Source of the DNA: Trichormus sp. ATA11-4-KO1 | GTDB lineage: Bacteria > Cyanobacteriota > Cyanobacteriia > Cyanobacteriales > Nostocaceae | NCBI GenBank assembly: GCA_019358915.1 | Contig: JAHHIM010000065.1 | Span: 32,001 to 96,000 of the forward strand | DNA: 64,000 bases | Reading direction: 5' to 3' | Shown here: one piece after another, positions 29,749-38,543 of the stretch | Numbering within the stretch: the stretch's first letter is position 1 | Layout: the number at the start of each line of letters is the position of its first letter | Program-made: the position numbers and the translations under genes | The notes under the pieces: model-generated | What the model saw: only the letters and a program-made list of their open reading frames with translations | Database searches by the model: none | What the model was told of the DNA's origin: nothing

Positions 29749-31566
29749 ATGTCACCTGATTTATCTCCCCTTTGGATATCACTTAAAACTTCCTTACTTG
29801 CGACATTTATCACGTTTTTTCTTGGTATTTGGTCGGCTTACTGGATGCTGGGATATCGAGGTAAAGGGAAATCATTGATTGAAGGAATTTTTATTACTCC
29901 TTTGATTTTGCCGCCTACAGTTGTTGGCTTTTTGTTGCTGCTATTTTTTGGTAAAAATGGCCCTGTAGGGCGACTCATGCAGCCATTTGACTTGACGATT
30001 GTCTTTACTTGGTATGGTGCAGCGATCGCAGCGACAATTGTGGCTTTTCCCTTAATGTATAAAACGGCATTGGGAGCTTTTGCACAAATTGATGCAAATC
30101 TCCTGCGAGTATCTAGAACCCTTGGCGCTTCTGAATCAACAGTTTTTTGGCGCATCAGTTTACCTCTAGCATTTCCCGGAATTGTTGCGGCAACAACTTT
30201 AGCTTTTGCGCGAGCTTTGGGTGAATTTGGCGCTACTCTGATGCTGGCAGGTAATATCCCCGGACAAACTCAGACAATCCCGATGGCAATTTATTTTGCT
30301 GTAGAAGCCGGAGCGATGAATGAGGCTTGGTTTTGGGCGATCGCTATTATGGTAATTTCCCTATCTGGAATCATCGCAGTCAATTTATGGCAAGAAAATC
30401 GGGGGAAGAAACCACAAAATTGCCAATTCCCAAAACTCAGAACTCAGGAATATCAAACACCTCAATTTGGCACAGATACCCACGTTACTGATGCTTCAGG
30501 ATTGTTTGTAGATATTGAAAAACGGCTTCCAGGCTTTACATTGCAAGTATCTTTCAGCGCCGATCATAATACCCTAGGATTTTTGGGCGGATCTGGGGCT
30601 GGCAAAAGTATGATTTTGCGTTGCATTGCTGGCATAGAAACCCCAACCAAAGGTCGTATTGTTTTAAATGGGCGAGTGTTGTTTGATTCGGCACAAGGAA
30701 TTAATCTGCCTTCTCGCGATCGCCATATCGGGTTTTTAGTGCAGAATTATGCTCTGTTCCCTCACATGACTGTTAGGCAAAATATCGCTTTTGGCTTGCC
30801 TAAAAGACTCTCAAAATCAGCGATTCAGCAACAGGTAAAAACACAACTACTAGCAGTGCAATTAGAAGGATTAGGCGATCGCTATCCTCATCAACTCTCT
30901 GGTGGTCAGCAACAACGAGTAGCACTGGCGAGAGCTTTAGCTAGTCAACCAGAAGCACTATTACTCGATGAACCATTTTCGGCACTAGATACTTACTTGC
31001 GTAGCCAACTGGAACAGCAAATGATTACTACCTTGAATTCTTACCAAGGAACAACTTTATTTGTGACGCACAATCTGGAAGAAGCCTATCGAATTTGCCC
31101 AAATTTGTTGGTACTGGAGCAAGGAAAGTCTATGCAGTATGCTGCCAAACAAGAGATTTTTGAGCGTCCTGCTAACTTTAGTGTTGCTCAATTAACAGGG
31201 TGTAAAAACTTTTCTCATGCTGAGATTAAAACATCTGAATTATTAGAAGCAAGTGATTGGGGTTGCACCCTCAAAGTCTTAGAACCGCCCCCCAAAAATT
31301 TATCCTACGTGGGAATTCGCGCTCATCAAATCACTTTTACTAATAACTCATCTGCTGAAAATACATTTCCCTGCTGGCTAGTGAGGGCAAGTGAAACGCC
31401 GCATCGCATAACGTTATTTCTCAAGTTGCATTCCTCTCCGACCAATACTCACGATTACCACCTACAAGCAGAAGTATTCAAAGAAAAATGGGTCATCTTT
31501 AAAGACCAACCTTTGCCTTGGCAAGTTCGTTTAGATCCCCTGCATTTAATTTTGTTGGCAGAGTGA
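29749..31566 (+). CDS. modBC: Fused molybdate permease/ATPase ModBC
   Basis: PLILPPTVVG and FARALGEFGAT (ModB), then GGSGAGKS, LSGGQQQR, LLDEPFSALD (ModC). Confidence 0.93.
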   Translation: MSPDLSPLWISLKTSLLATFITFFLGIWSAYWMLGYRGKGKSLIEGIFITPLILPPTVVGFLLLLFFGKNGPVGRLMQPFDLTIVFTWYGAAIAATIVAFPLMYKTALGAFAQIDANLLRVSRTLGASESTVFWRISLPLAFPGIVAATTLAFARALGEFGATLMLAGNIPGQTQTIPMAIYFAVEAGAMNEAWFWAIAIMVISLSGIIAVNLWQENRGKKPQNCQFPKLRTQEYQTPQFGTDTHVTDASGLFVDIEKRLPGFTLQVSFSADHNTLGFLGGSGAGKSMILRCIAGIETPTKGRIVLNGRVLFDSAQGINLPSRDRHIGFLVQNYALFPHMTVRQNIAFGLPKRLSKSAIQQQVKTQLLAVQLEGLGDRYPHQLSGGQQQRVALARALASQPEALLLDEPFSALDTYLRSQLEQQMITTLNSYQGTTLFVTHNLEEAYRICPNLLVLEQGKSMQYAAKQEIFERPANFSVAQLTGCKNFSHAEIKTSELLEASDWGCTLKVLEPPPKNLSYVGIRAHQITFTNNSSAENTFPCWLVRASETPHRITLFLKLHSSPTNTHDYHLQAEVFKEKWVIFKDQPLPWQVRLDPLHLILLAE

Positions 31567-31672
31567 AAGGGGACTGGAGACTGGGGATTGGGTATTTTCA
31601 GTATGCCGAAAAAATAGCCCTATCAACCGACAGGCTACAGGGCGAGCTATTCTCAAAAAAATGCAAGTACTA

Positions 31673-32203
31673 TTATTCTTTCACCCTAACATCGATAACA
31701 GTCGCATTAAAGTTATAGTTAAAGCCTTCTAACTCAAAAGGCATACCAATTTTTACTTTGCTATTACCTAAAACTGGGCCAGTATCGGTGATTTGGGCTT
31801 TACCTTCTAAAGTTAAAAGCATATCTGTACTAAAATTGTTTGCCCTGGGATCTGGTAGTTCTCTGACAGAACCATCTGGTTGAGGAACTGTTACAGTTCT
31901 AGGTAATAGCTCAAGAGATTTGATCCCAATCTGACCGTAGGGCTGATTGCGGATAATTACGTTAGTTTTACCACCTTTTGTAAATCCTTTGTCAAATAAC
32001 CGTTCAGGGTCGCGGACATTTAAACCGCGCACGGCTAAGTCTACCTCGATGGGTACTGTTTTAGTCCCGACTTGGGCCACAGAACCAGTAGTGCCAGGAA
32101 AAACAAATATGCCAATTATAACTAGCACAATTACCAGGGCAGCACCTAAATCGAGGATATTTATTTTGCCGAACAAGCGTCCTTTGGAATCTAAAATAGC
32201 CAT
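31673..32203 (-). CDS. DUF4330-like membrane-anchored protein
   Basis: MAILDSKGRLFGKINILD followed by a TM helix. Confidence 0.8.
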   Translation of the reverse strand: MAILDSKGRLFGKINILDLGAALVIVLVIIGIFVFPGTTGSVAQVGTKTVPIEVDLAVRGLNVRDPERLFDKGFTKGGKTNVIIRNQPYGQIGIKSLELLPRTVTVPQPDGSVRELPDPRANNFSTDMLLTLEGKAQITDTGPVLGNSKVKIGMPFELEGFNYNFNATVIDVRVKE

Positions 32204-32733
32204 CAAAACTTTTCCTAGATACAAGCGGAATAATTGATTTTAGCAATAAGGTTGATCAGGGACACGGCAAGTTTCCCTATTTGAGACAGCTCAAGGCTAA
32301 GCTAATCGTCATTCATTTTTCCAGACTGATTCGCTTGTAGTAAGGGCTTCAGCCCTGGTTTTATGCAACTTTAATGCTCATTAGCTTATTGGGCGTTGCA
32401 GTCATGCGCCAGTCTAGCACGAGTTGGCAAATGGGTCGTCAAGAATATAAAAACAAGGGCATTTGGTTTATTTTAGACATGGGACAAAATTTTCATCATC
32501 AAAGCCTTTGGAACCATACTGGTAAATACCTATGCATAAATATTTAGCCACTTTTCAACACGGCTGAAATTGCTGTATTCCCACACTGTCCCCTTTCCTC
32601 TGTTACCTGTTCCCTCCCTCAACCAAGTAATTTATTTTGCACAACTAGTTATGCATCTTTGTTTTTGAGTCAAGAATGCAACTTAGAAGGCTCTAAATTC
32701 GTCCTATAGTTTATCCCATTAGACCTAATAACA

Positions 32734-33588
32734 ATGACTTGGAAAGGCTTTTTTACAAATCATCATATGTGGCGGCGGCGCTGGTTTTATCCGTTAATTT
32801 CGGTAGTAGTTGCCCTGAGTCTGTGTCTAACTACACCCATGCCTGGAAGGGCTTTCGATATTCGGTCGCTGCTGTTCCGGGGTGTACAGATAATTCAGAT
32901 GTCTAATATATCTGATCGCCAGGAAGTTGATCTTGGTCAGCAGATGAATCAGCAGTTAAAGAGTGGTGATATTCGACTTAGCCGCAACTCTGCAATTAAT
33001 CGCTATGTGGAACAAATCGGTCGGCGCTTGGCAACTAACAGCGATCGCCCTAATCTCCCCTTTACCTTCCAAGTAGTTGAAGATGATGCGATTAATGCCT
33101 TTGCTACTTTGGGAGGTTTTGTCTATATTCACACGGGTTTAATCAAAGCCGCAGATAATGAAGCGGAACTAGCTAGTGTAATAGCCCATGAAATTGGTCA
33201 CATTGGCGGCAAACATTTAGTACAACAGATGCGGCAAAGAGCGATCGCAGGTGGTGTAGCTTCAGCCGCAGGTTTAGATCGTAATGCAGCCGTGGGAATT
33301 GGTGTAGAACTGGCGCTCAATCGTCCCCGCAGTCGTCAAGATGAATTTGATGCGGATAATAGAGGATTACGAACTTTGACTCGCGCTGGTTACGCCCAGT
33401 CGGCCATGGTCTCGTTTATGCAAAAGCTGATGCAAAGAGGGGGTTCTGTGCCTACATTTTTGAGTACTCACCCTGGAACAAGCGATCGCATTAGTGCCCT
33501 GCAACGTTCTATTGATGCCCAACCTAGCAATCAGCGTGACGGATTAGATAATGCTGCTTATCGAGCTAATATCCGTAGTTTGTTGTAG
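32734..33588 (+). CDS. M48 family metallopeptidase
   Basis: INAFA..GG, AHEIGH, EFDAD, LSTHP. Confidence 0.92.
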   Translation: MTWKGFFTNHHMWRRRWFYPLISVVVALSLCLTTPMPGRAFDIRSLLFRGVQIIQMSNISDRQEVDLGQQMNQQLKSGDIRLSRNSAINRYVEQIGRRLATNSDRPNLPFTFQVVEDDAINAFATLGGFVYIHTGLIKAADNEAELASVIAHEIGHIGGKHLVQQMRQRAIAGGVASAAGLDRNAAVGIGVELALNRPRSRQDEFDADNRGLRTLTRAGYAQSAMVSFMQKLMQRGGSVPTFLSTHPGTSDRISALQRSIDAQPSNQRDGLDNAAYRANIRSLL

Positions 33589-33648
33589 TTTGAACGTTAC
33601 TGTACACAGGAAAAACCCATAATTTTACATCTTCCCTTTTACTTCAGA

Positions 33649-34407
33649 TTATGCTCGCTGTTTGTGGCGGCGAGCAGCAATTTGGGATGGTTCAACAGTA
33701 ATCACCCCTTCTGCTAAGGGCAGGGTGCGGAGGTGGTTCTTAAAAATGTTGACTTGATAAATGAGGTTATTTGTCGTGTCTAATGCAGTTAACCAGCCAC
33801 TACGGGGATGGTAAGCACCAGTATCTATATCCAGCCACCCCTGCCCTTGTACAAGTTTTCCAGGGGTAACACCAGGGAAGGTAAAGGTAATAGTATGGCC
33901 AATGATAATTAGCTTATCAGTAAAGAAGGGCTGCTCAATGCTGTGAAATTCGTCACGTATCCAGCAAAATTGCTCGGCAGTTTGTGCTGCTAAAGGCATG
34001 GCAGGGTCAACACCAGCATGAGTTAACCAAATATCCCCCAAATCCAGATATGTAGGTAAAGTCTTTAACCAATCCAAATGTTCTACAGGAATGGTGGCTT
34101 CTGCGTAACTAGCTATTGTTGCCTGGCCTCCACTATACAGCCATGCTTGCATTGCTGGTGTCGCCATATTCTCGCTGGTGAGAATGTTTAATAACATCTG
34201 CTCATGATTTCCCAGCAGGCAGGCATAATTATTCTGCTTGACAAAATCAATAACGTGTGAACTTTGAGGTCCACGATCAATTAAATCTCCCAGAAAATAG
34301 ACTTGATCATCTGATGCTGGGGCGATCGCCTCCATCAATGTCATCAAACCTTCGTAGTGACCATGCACATCCCCAATAACAATTCGACGTTGGCTAGTTT
34401 CGCTCAT
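33649..34407 (-). CDS. Metallophosphoesterase (PPP-type Ser/Thr phosphatase)
   Basis: GDVHG, GDLIDRG, GNHE, HAG, GHT, IDTG. Confidence 0.92.
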   Translation of the reverse strand: MSETSQRRIVIGDVHGHYEGLMTLMEAIAPASDDQVYFLGDLIDRGPQSSHVIDFVKQNNYACLLGNHEQMLLNILTSENMATPAMQAWLYSGGQATIASYAEATIPVEHLDWLKTLPTYLDLGDIWLTHAGVDPAMPLAAQTAEQFCWIRDEFHSIEQPFFTDKLIIIGHTITFTFPGVTPGKLVQGQGWLDIDTGAYHPRSGWLTALDTTNNLIYQVNIFKNHLRTLPLAEGVITVEPSQIAARRHKQRA

Positions 34408-34653
34408 CGGCTCTTGGCTTAAATAGTTGGGTTGAATAGTTTTGCTACAGTTTAAGTTGTCTGGTTTCCGCAAATCAAATACAGATAAAAAACCCTTGAC
34501 AAATTTTACTTTTATCTTAATTTAATTTTTGGAGTTCCATAACAGCCATAAGATCATACTGAAGCTTTGGTAGGCGATCGCAAAACCTACAAATTTCATC
34601 CAGACTAGCTTAAAATTTAGGTAATTGCCCTGTTACTAACTCCTAGTTGCAAA

Positions 34654-34938
34654 ATGTCTGATCAATTTTCTGCTGAAATTAGCTCGCGTATCTGTAAGCA
34701 TATGAACGAAGATCATACTGATGCAATAGTTCTTTATGCCAAGGCTTTCGGTGGTGTAACAGATGCAACAACCGCAGAAATGCTGTCAATTGATGCTGAG
34801 GGGATGAATTTAACAGCACAAGTAAACCAGGAAACTGTACCAGTTCGCATTCAGTTCGACCGTACTTTAGCAGATGCAGAAGATGCTCACCAAACTCTGA
34901 TTGCAATGGTCAAGCAGGCGCGGGTTCAAGCAAAGTAA
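34654..34938 (+). CDS. DUF2470 family protein
   Basis: RICKHMNEDH, SIDAEGM. Confidence 0.85.
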   Translation: MSDQFSAEISSRICKHMNEDHTDAIVLYAKAFGGVTDATTAEMLSIDAEGMNLTAQVNQETVPVRIQFDRTLADAEDAHQTLIAMVKQARVQAK

Positions 34939-34940
34939 AA

Positions 34941-35234
34941 ATGGCGATCGCTTCAGCAACCAATGTTTTGTTATTAACTGTAGTTGCTAGTGATGCTAAT
35001 CGCCTGGGAGTTTACCATAATAAGAGAGTGAGGCGATTAACACCCCGTGAAGTAGCACGTTTACAAGGGTTTCCTGATAATTTTATACTGCATTCTAATG
35101 ATGATAAAGCCTATTATCAACTGGGCAATTCAGTAAGCATTAATGTAGTTAAGGCTGTGGCTGAGGAAGTAATATTGAAAATGTTAGATTCTGCTCAGAA
35201 TCGAGATCAGAAAATTGAGCCAATACTTGCTTAA
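34941..35234 (+). pseudogene. C-terminal fragment of a DNA (cytosine-5) methyltransferase
   Basis: RRLTPREVARLQGFPD (motif IX) and YYQLGNSV (motif X); motifs I-VIII absent. Confidence 0.8.
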
Positions 35235-36025
35235 TGTTCTGCGCGCAATAACCAAAAGCCGCTATAAGTCATCCCAGAATCATCAGGCTGCACTAACAAA
35301 AAATGTAATCCTCGGCTTTGTTGTTGGCGTTGTTGATAAACCTGCGCAGCAGCAGTAACATCTGGATCTGCAAACGTCGCCACAATCCACCTATCCACTA
35401 AACCTGCTTCTAATATCAAGCCATCTGGTGTACCAGCAATGTAATTTAATGCTACGGGATGTGTTGCTTGTAACCACCTGGCTAAACGCATTGATTGCCT
35501 ACCTCCGTAGATAACTACACCGGGGACGGGTATGGTAGAAGCTAAACCTAGATTAATGGGTTGAAGAGATTCTGGTATGGATAAAATCGGAATTGGGCGT
35601 TCTGTAAACACATCCACAAGTTCGCCAGATGGGAGTGTAGCAAAGCGCCACTCTTCCCCCCAAAGATTCTCTGGTAATGGTACAGGAGGCGGTTTATCTA
35701 GCGCTAAGGGATATTGCTTTTCTTGTAACCACTGTTTTAATGCCAAAGTGTAACGAGTGGGTTCGACATTAATACCTAAAGTGCGTCCAGCCGCTTGAAT
35801 TAAACTCAACGACTGGGGACGAAATACCTGAATTATATCGGGGAGTTGATCACCAGCTGCTAGCTGAAGTTGAGCTGCTACCCAACTGGAATTTGCTGCT
35901 GACTGGGGACAGGTGGCTGTATACTCGAAACTGCGATTTGAATCACAAATCAACAGTTCCCATAAAACTTGTCCTGCGGTATCACGCAACGGACTACGAT
36001 AAAAATCAGCTTGCCAAATTTTCAT
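35231..36025 (-). CDS. Tab2/Atab2 family RNA-binding protein (DUF1092)
   Basis: IWQADFYR..WELLICD, PxPLPE.LWGE.WRF, GLHFLLVQPDD. Confidence 0.88.
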   Translation of the reverse strand: MKIWQADFYRSPLRDTAGQVLWELLICDSNRSFEYTATCPQSAANSSWVAAQLQLAAGDQLPDIIQVFRPQSLSLIQAAGRTLGINVEPTRYTLALKQWLQEKQYPLALDKPPPVPLPENLWGEEWRFATLPSGELVDVFTERPIPILSIPESLQPINLGLASTIPVPGVVIYGGRQSMRLARWLQATHPVALNYIAGTPDGLILEAGLVDRWIVATFADPDVTAAAQVYQQRQQQSRGLHFLLVQPDDSGMTYSGFWLLRAEH

Positions 36026-36144
36026 ATTTTTTGCCTCACGCAAAGGCGCAAAGGCGCAAAGAAGAATAAAACTAAGTTGTATTAAAGCTCAAAAAAAGGG
36101 GCAGGTAATCCACCCCTTAATCAAACCAGGAAACTGAAAAGGCT

Positions 36145-36719
36145 TTAAAGCTGTACTTTAGCCAAAATAGGTGACACACGGGTAGCTATTTCTGGGACAT
36201 ACACTTGTGAAACGTAGTCGGCTATCATCCTATCTGTATTGAATAGAGGTGCATTAGTCTTAATGGATGCTTTCATCATTTGCACCCAGCGATGGGGAAT
36301 GCCTTGAGCGTCTTGGTCATAGTATAGAGGAACAATTTCCTCTTCTAACAGATGATATAGCGATCACGAATCGATGCGGTCTTGCAATTCTTGGTCGCTA
36401 GTATGAGCATCTTCACCTATGGCCCAACCGTTAATTCCTTGTAGGCGTCAAACTCCTGCGCTAAGGCGGAAATTTGCTTCAAATAAAATGGATCTTCTGC
36501 TAACTGGGTGAGGCGTTCGTAACTTGCCGACTCTAAAATTGCCACTGGGTTATGTCCACAGCGTTCCCATTCTTGGGGATCAATGGTGGGAAACAGCGCG
36601 ATGCGATCGCTCGTCCAACACCACCAATAGTTATAAGCTAAATCTGCTAACCGTTTTAGTGGAAAAGGTAATTTTTCGCTCAAGCGAGTTGCTGCCGTGA
36701 TTGCACTGCTATTAGCCAT
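36145..36719 (-). pseudogene. glgP: Alpha-glucan phosphorylase pseudogene with large internal deletion
   Basis: N-terminus LADLAYNYWW..WERCGHNPV joined out of frame near 36440 to C-terminus GINGWAIG..IDS*SLY..EEEIVPLYY..FNTDRM..DY; extra TGA at 36364-36366. Confidence 0.9.
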
Positions 36720-37045
36720 ACAAATCTACACTTTTTGTTACTTTATGCTCTATTTCGCTTAACATCTGCTCCCCATCAATATCCTCTTCAGGTTTATTGC
36801 TTCCGAGTATTTGTTGGTGAATCCTCCCCTGAAGTAGGAGCAGGTTATAGACATCAAACTTTATCCAAGACAAATGGTTTCTCTTGTTTCTGCTTTATTA
36901 GAGATTATCCAGTTTTTTGAGCAATTTAGCTAATTTCGTTACATCAAATTAGTTGACATTATTTTAAAATATCTATTTTGTTATTAACATTTATTTAAAA
37001 TTTGATTATAAACAAACAAAATTTTACATTATGCCCTAGGCTCTA

Positions 37046-37169
37046 GGGAAGCGTCCCCAATATTTGATTTTATTTTTAAACGCAAAGGGGCGCAAAGGTT
37101 CACGCAAAGGTACGCAGAGTTTTTTTTGAAAGCTTTGTGTTTCTTAGTAAAAAAAATTGGGATGCACCC
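37046..37169. mobile_element. Small MITE-like element carrying CGCAAAG STRRs
   Basis: Imperfect TIR gggaagcgtcccc/gggatgcaccc; flanks aggctcta and agtctcta (7/8). Confidence 0.55.
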
Positions 37170-37206
37170 AGTCTCTAGTTACTGTTTTCAATTTATATCA
37201 GCCAAC

Positions 37207-37389
37207 TTATTTAATTTTTCTCAACTTAGCCATATAATTAAGTATAATCACAATAATTATCAAAGTGTAACTTGCATAAATAGCAACACTGAAAGTAAGA
37301 AATACAGGTAGATTGAGCCTTCTAATTAAAATTACCGTTCCCATACTAAAAATTGTACTAGCTAGAAAAGCTAATAAATTTTTATTCAA
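37207..37389 (-). CDS. Putative 60-aa two-helix membrane protein
   Basis: AGGAG upstream of a TTG start; two hydrophobic stretches and a basic tail. Confidence 0.45.
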   Translation of the reverse strand: MNKNLLAFLASTIFSMGTVILIRRLNLPVFLTFSVAIYASYTLIIIVIILNYMAKLRKIK

Positions 37390-37524
37390 AATATTCTCCT
37401 ATTAACTACTGGAACTTTATTTATTAATAGTTGATTTAGTAGCTAAATACCGTAAATAATGTTACGTTTAAATCTATTTTTAAGTTTATGGAGATTAATT
37501 TAATATTCAACTGCATCACTCGCT

Positions 37525-38376
37525 TCACCTAATTGACCCAAAAGCAATCTTATGGTGACGGATGTGGTCTGCAATAAAACTGGCAATGAAATAATAACTG
37601 TGGTCGTAACCTGTTTGATAACGCAAATTTAAAGGCTGATTGACAGATGTACAAGCTTGCTCAAACACCTCTGGTAGTAATTGTGCAGCTAAAAATTTAT
37701 CAGCACTTCCTTGGTCAATGAGAATTGGACTATGATATCCCACTTGCTTAACTAATTCACTAGCATCATAGTTGCACCATGTTTCTTGATTACTTCCCAG
37801 ATAAAGACTGAACGCCTTTTGACCCCAAGGACATTGCATAGGTGCAGTGATAGGTGCAAAAGCTGAAACTGATTTATACAATTGTGGGTTTCGCATGGCA
37901 CAAACTAGCGCCCCATGTCCCCCCATTGAATGACCAAAAATACCTTGTTTCTCAGCTTGTACCGGAAAATTGGCAGCAACTAAAGCAGGTAATTCCTGGA
38001 CGATATAACTATACATTTTGTAGTGCCTGCACCACGGTTCTTCTGTAGCATCAACATAAAACCCCGCACCTGTACCAAAATCCCAATCATCATCTTCACC
38101 AGGAATACCTGTGTTACGAGGGCTAGTATCTGGTACAACCAACATTAAGCCATACTCAGATGCGTAGCGTTGTGCCCCTGCTTTGACCATAAAATTTTCT
38201 TCAGTGCAAGTTAAGCCAGAGAGAAAATAGAGAACTGGTACTGGCCGTTGAGTGGCTTGCGGAGGTTGATAGACGGCCAAGCGCATTTCACAGTTACAGG
38301 TTGAGGAAGGGTGAGAGTAAAAGCCGAGTTTGCCGCCAAAGCTTTTATATTCTGAGATGAGAGTGAGATTAGTCAT
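37525..38376 (-). CDS. fghA: S-formylglutathione hydrolase
   Basis: [20 protein letters not shown]. Confidence 0.95.
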   Translation of the reverse strand: MTNLTLISEYKSFGGKLGFYSHPSSTCNCEMRLAVYQPPQATQRPVPVLYFLSGLTCTEENFMVKAGAQRYASEYGLMLVVPDTSPRNTGIPGEDDDWDFGTGAGFYVDATEEPWCRHYKMYSYIVQELPALVAANFPVQAEKQGIFGHSMGGHGALVCAMRNPQLYKSVSAFAPITAPMQCPWGQKAFSLYLGSNQETWCNYDASELVKQVGYHSPILIDQGSADKFLAAQLLPEVFEQACTSVNQPLNLRYQTGYDHSYYFIASFIADHIRHHKIAFGSIR

Positions 38377-38543
38377 TATTTCAATTTTGATGTAAATTCA
38401 CTTGTAACAAATAGTGGCGATCGCAATTTTAAGTTGTGTTATTTATGCATAATAAAATCTTAAATACACAAGCAGCAATTTTGCTCAAAGTCGGGAATAA
38501 AACAGCAAAAAGGTGCTAAAACAATTATTGCAGGCTTTAAATA

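Noticed and set aside
29749..31566. ModB-ModC fusion as a novelty
   Set aside because: Fused modBC is already known in filamentous cyanobacteria.
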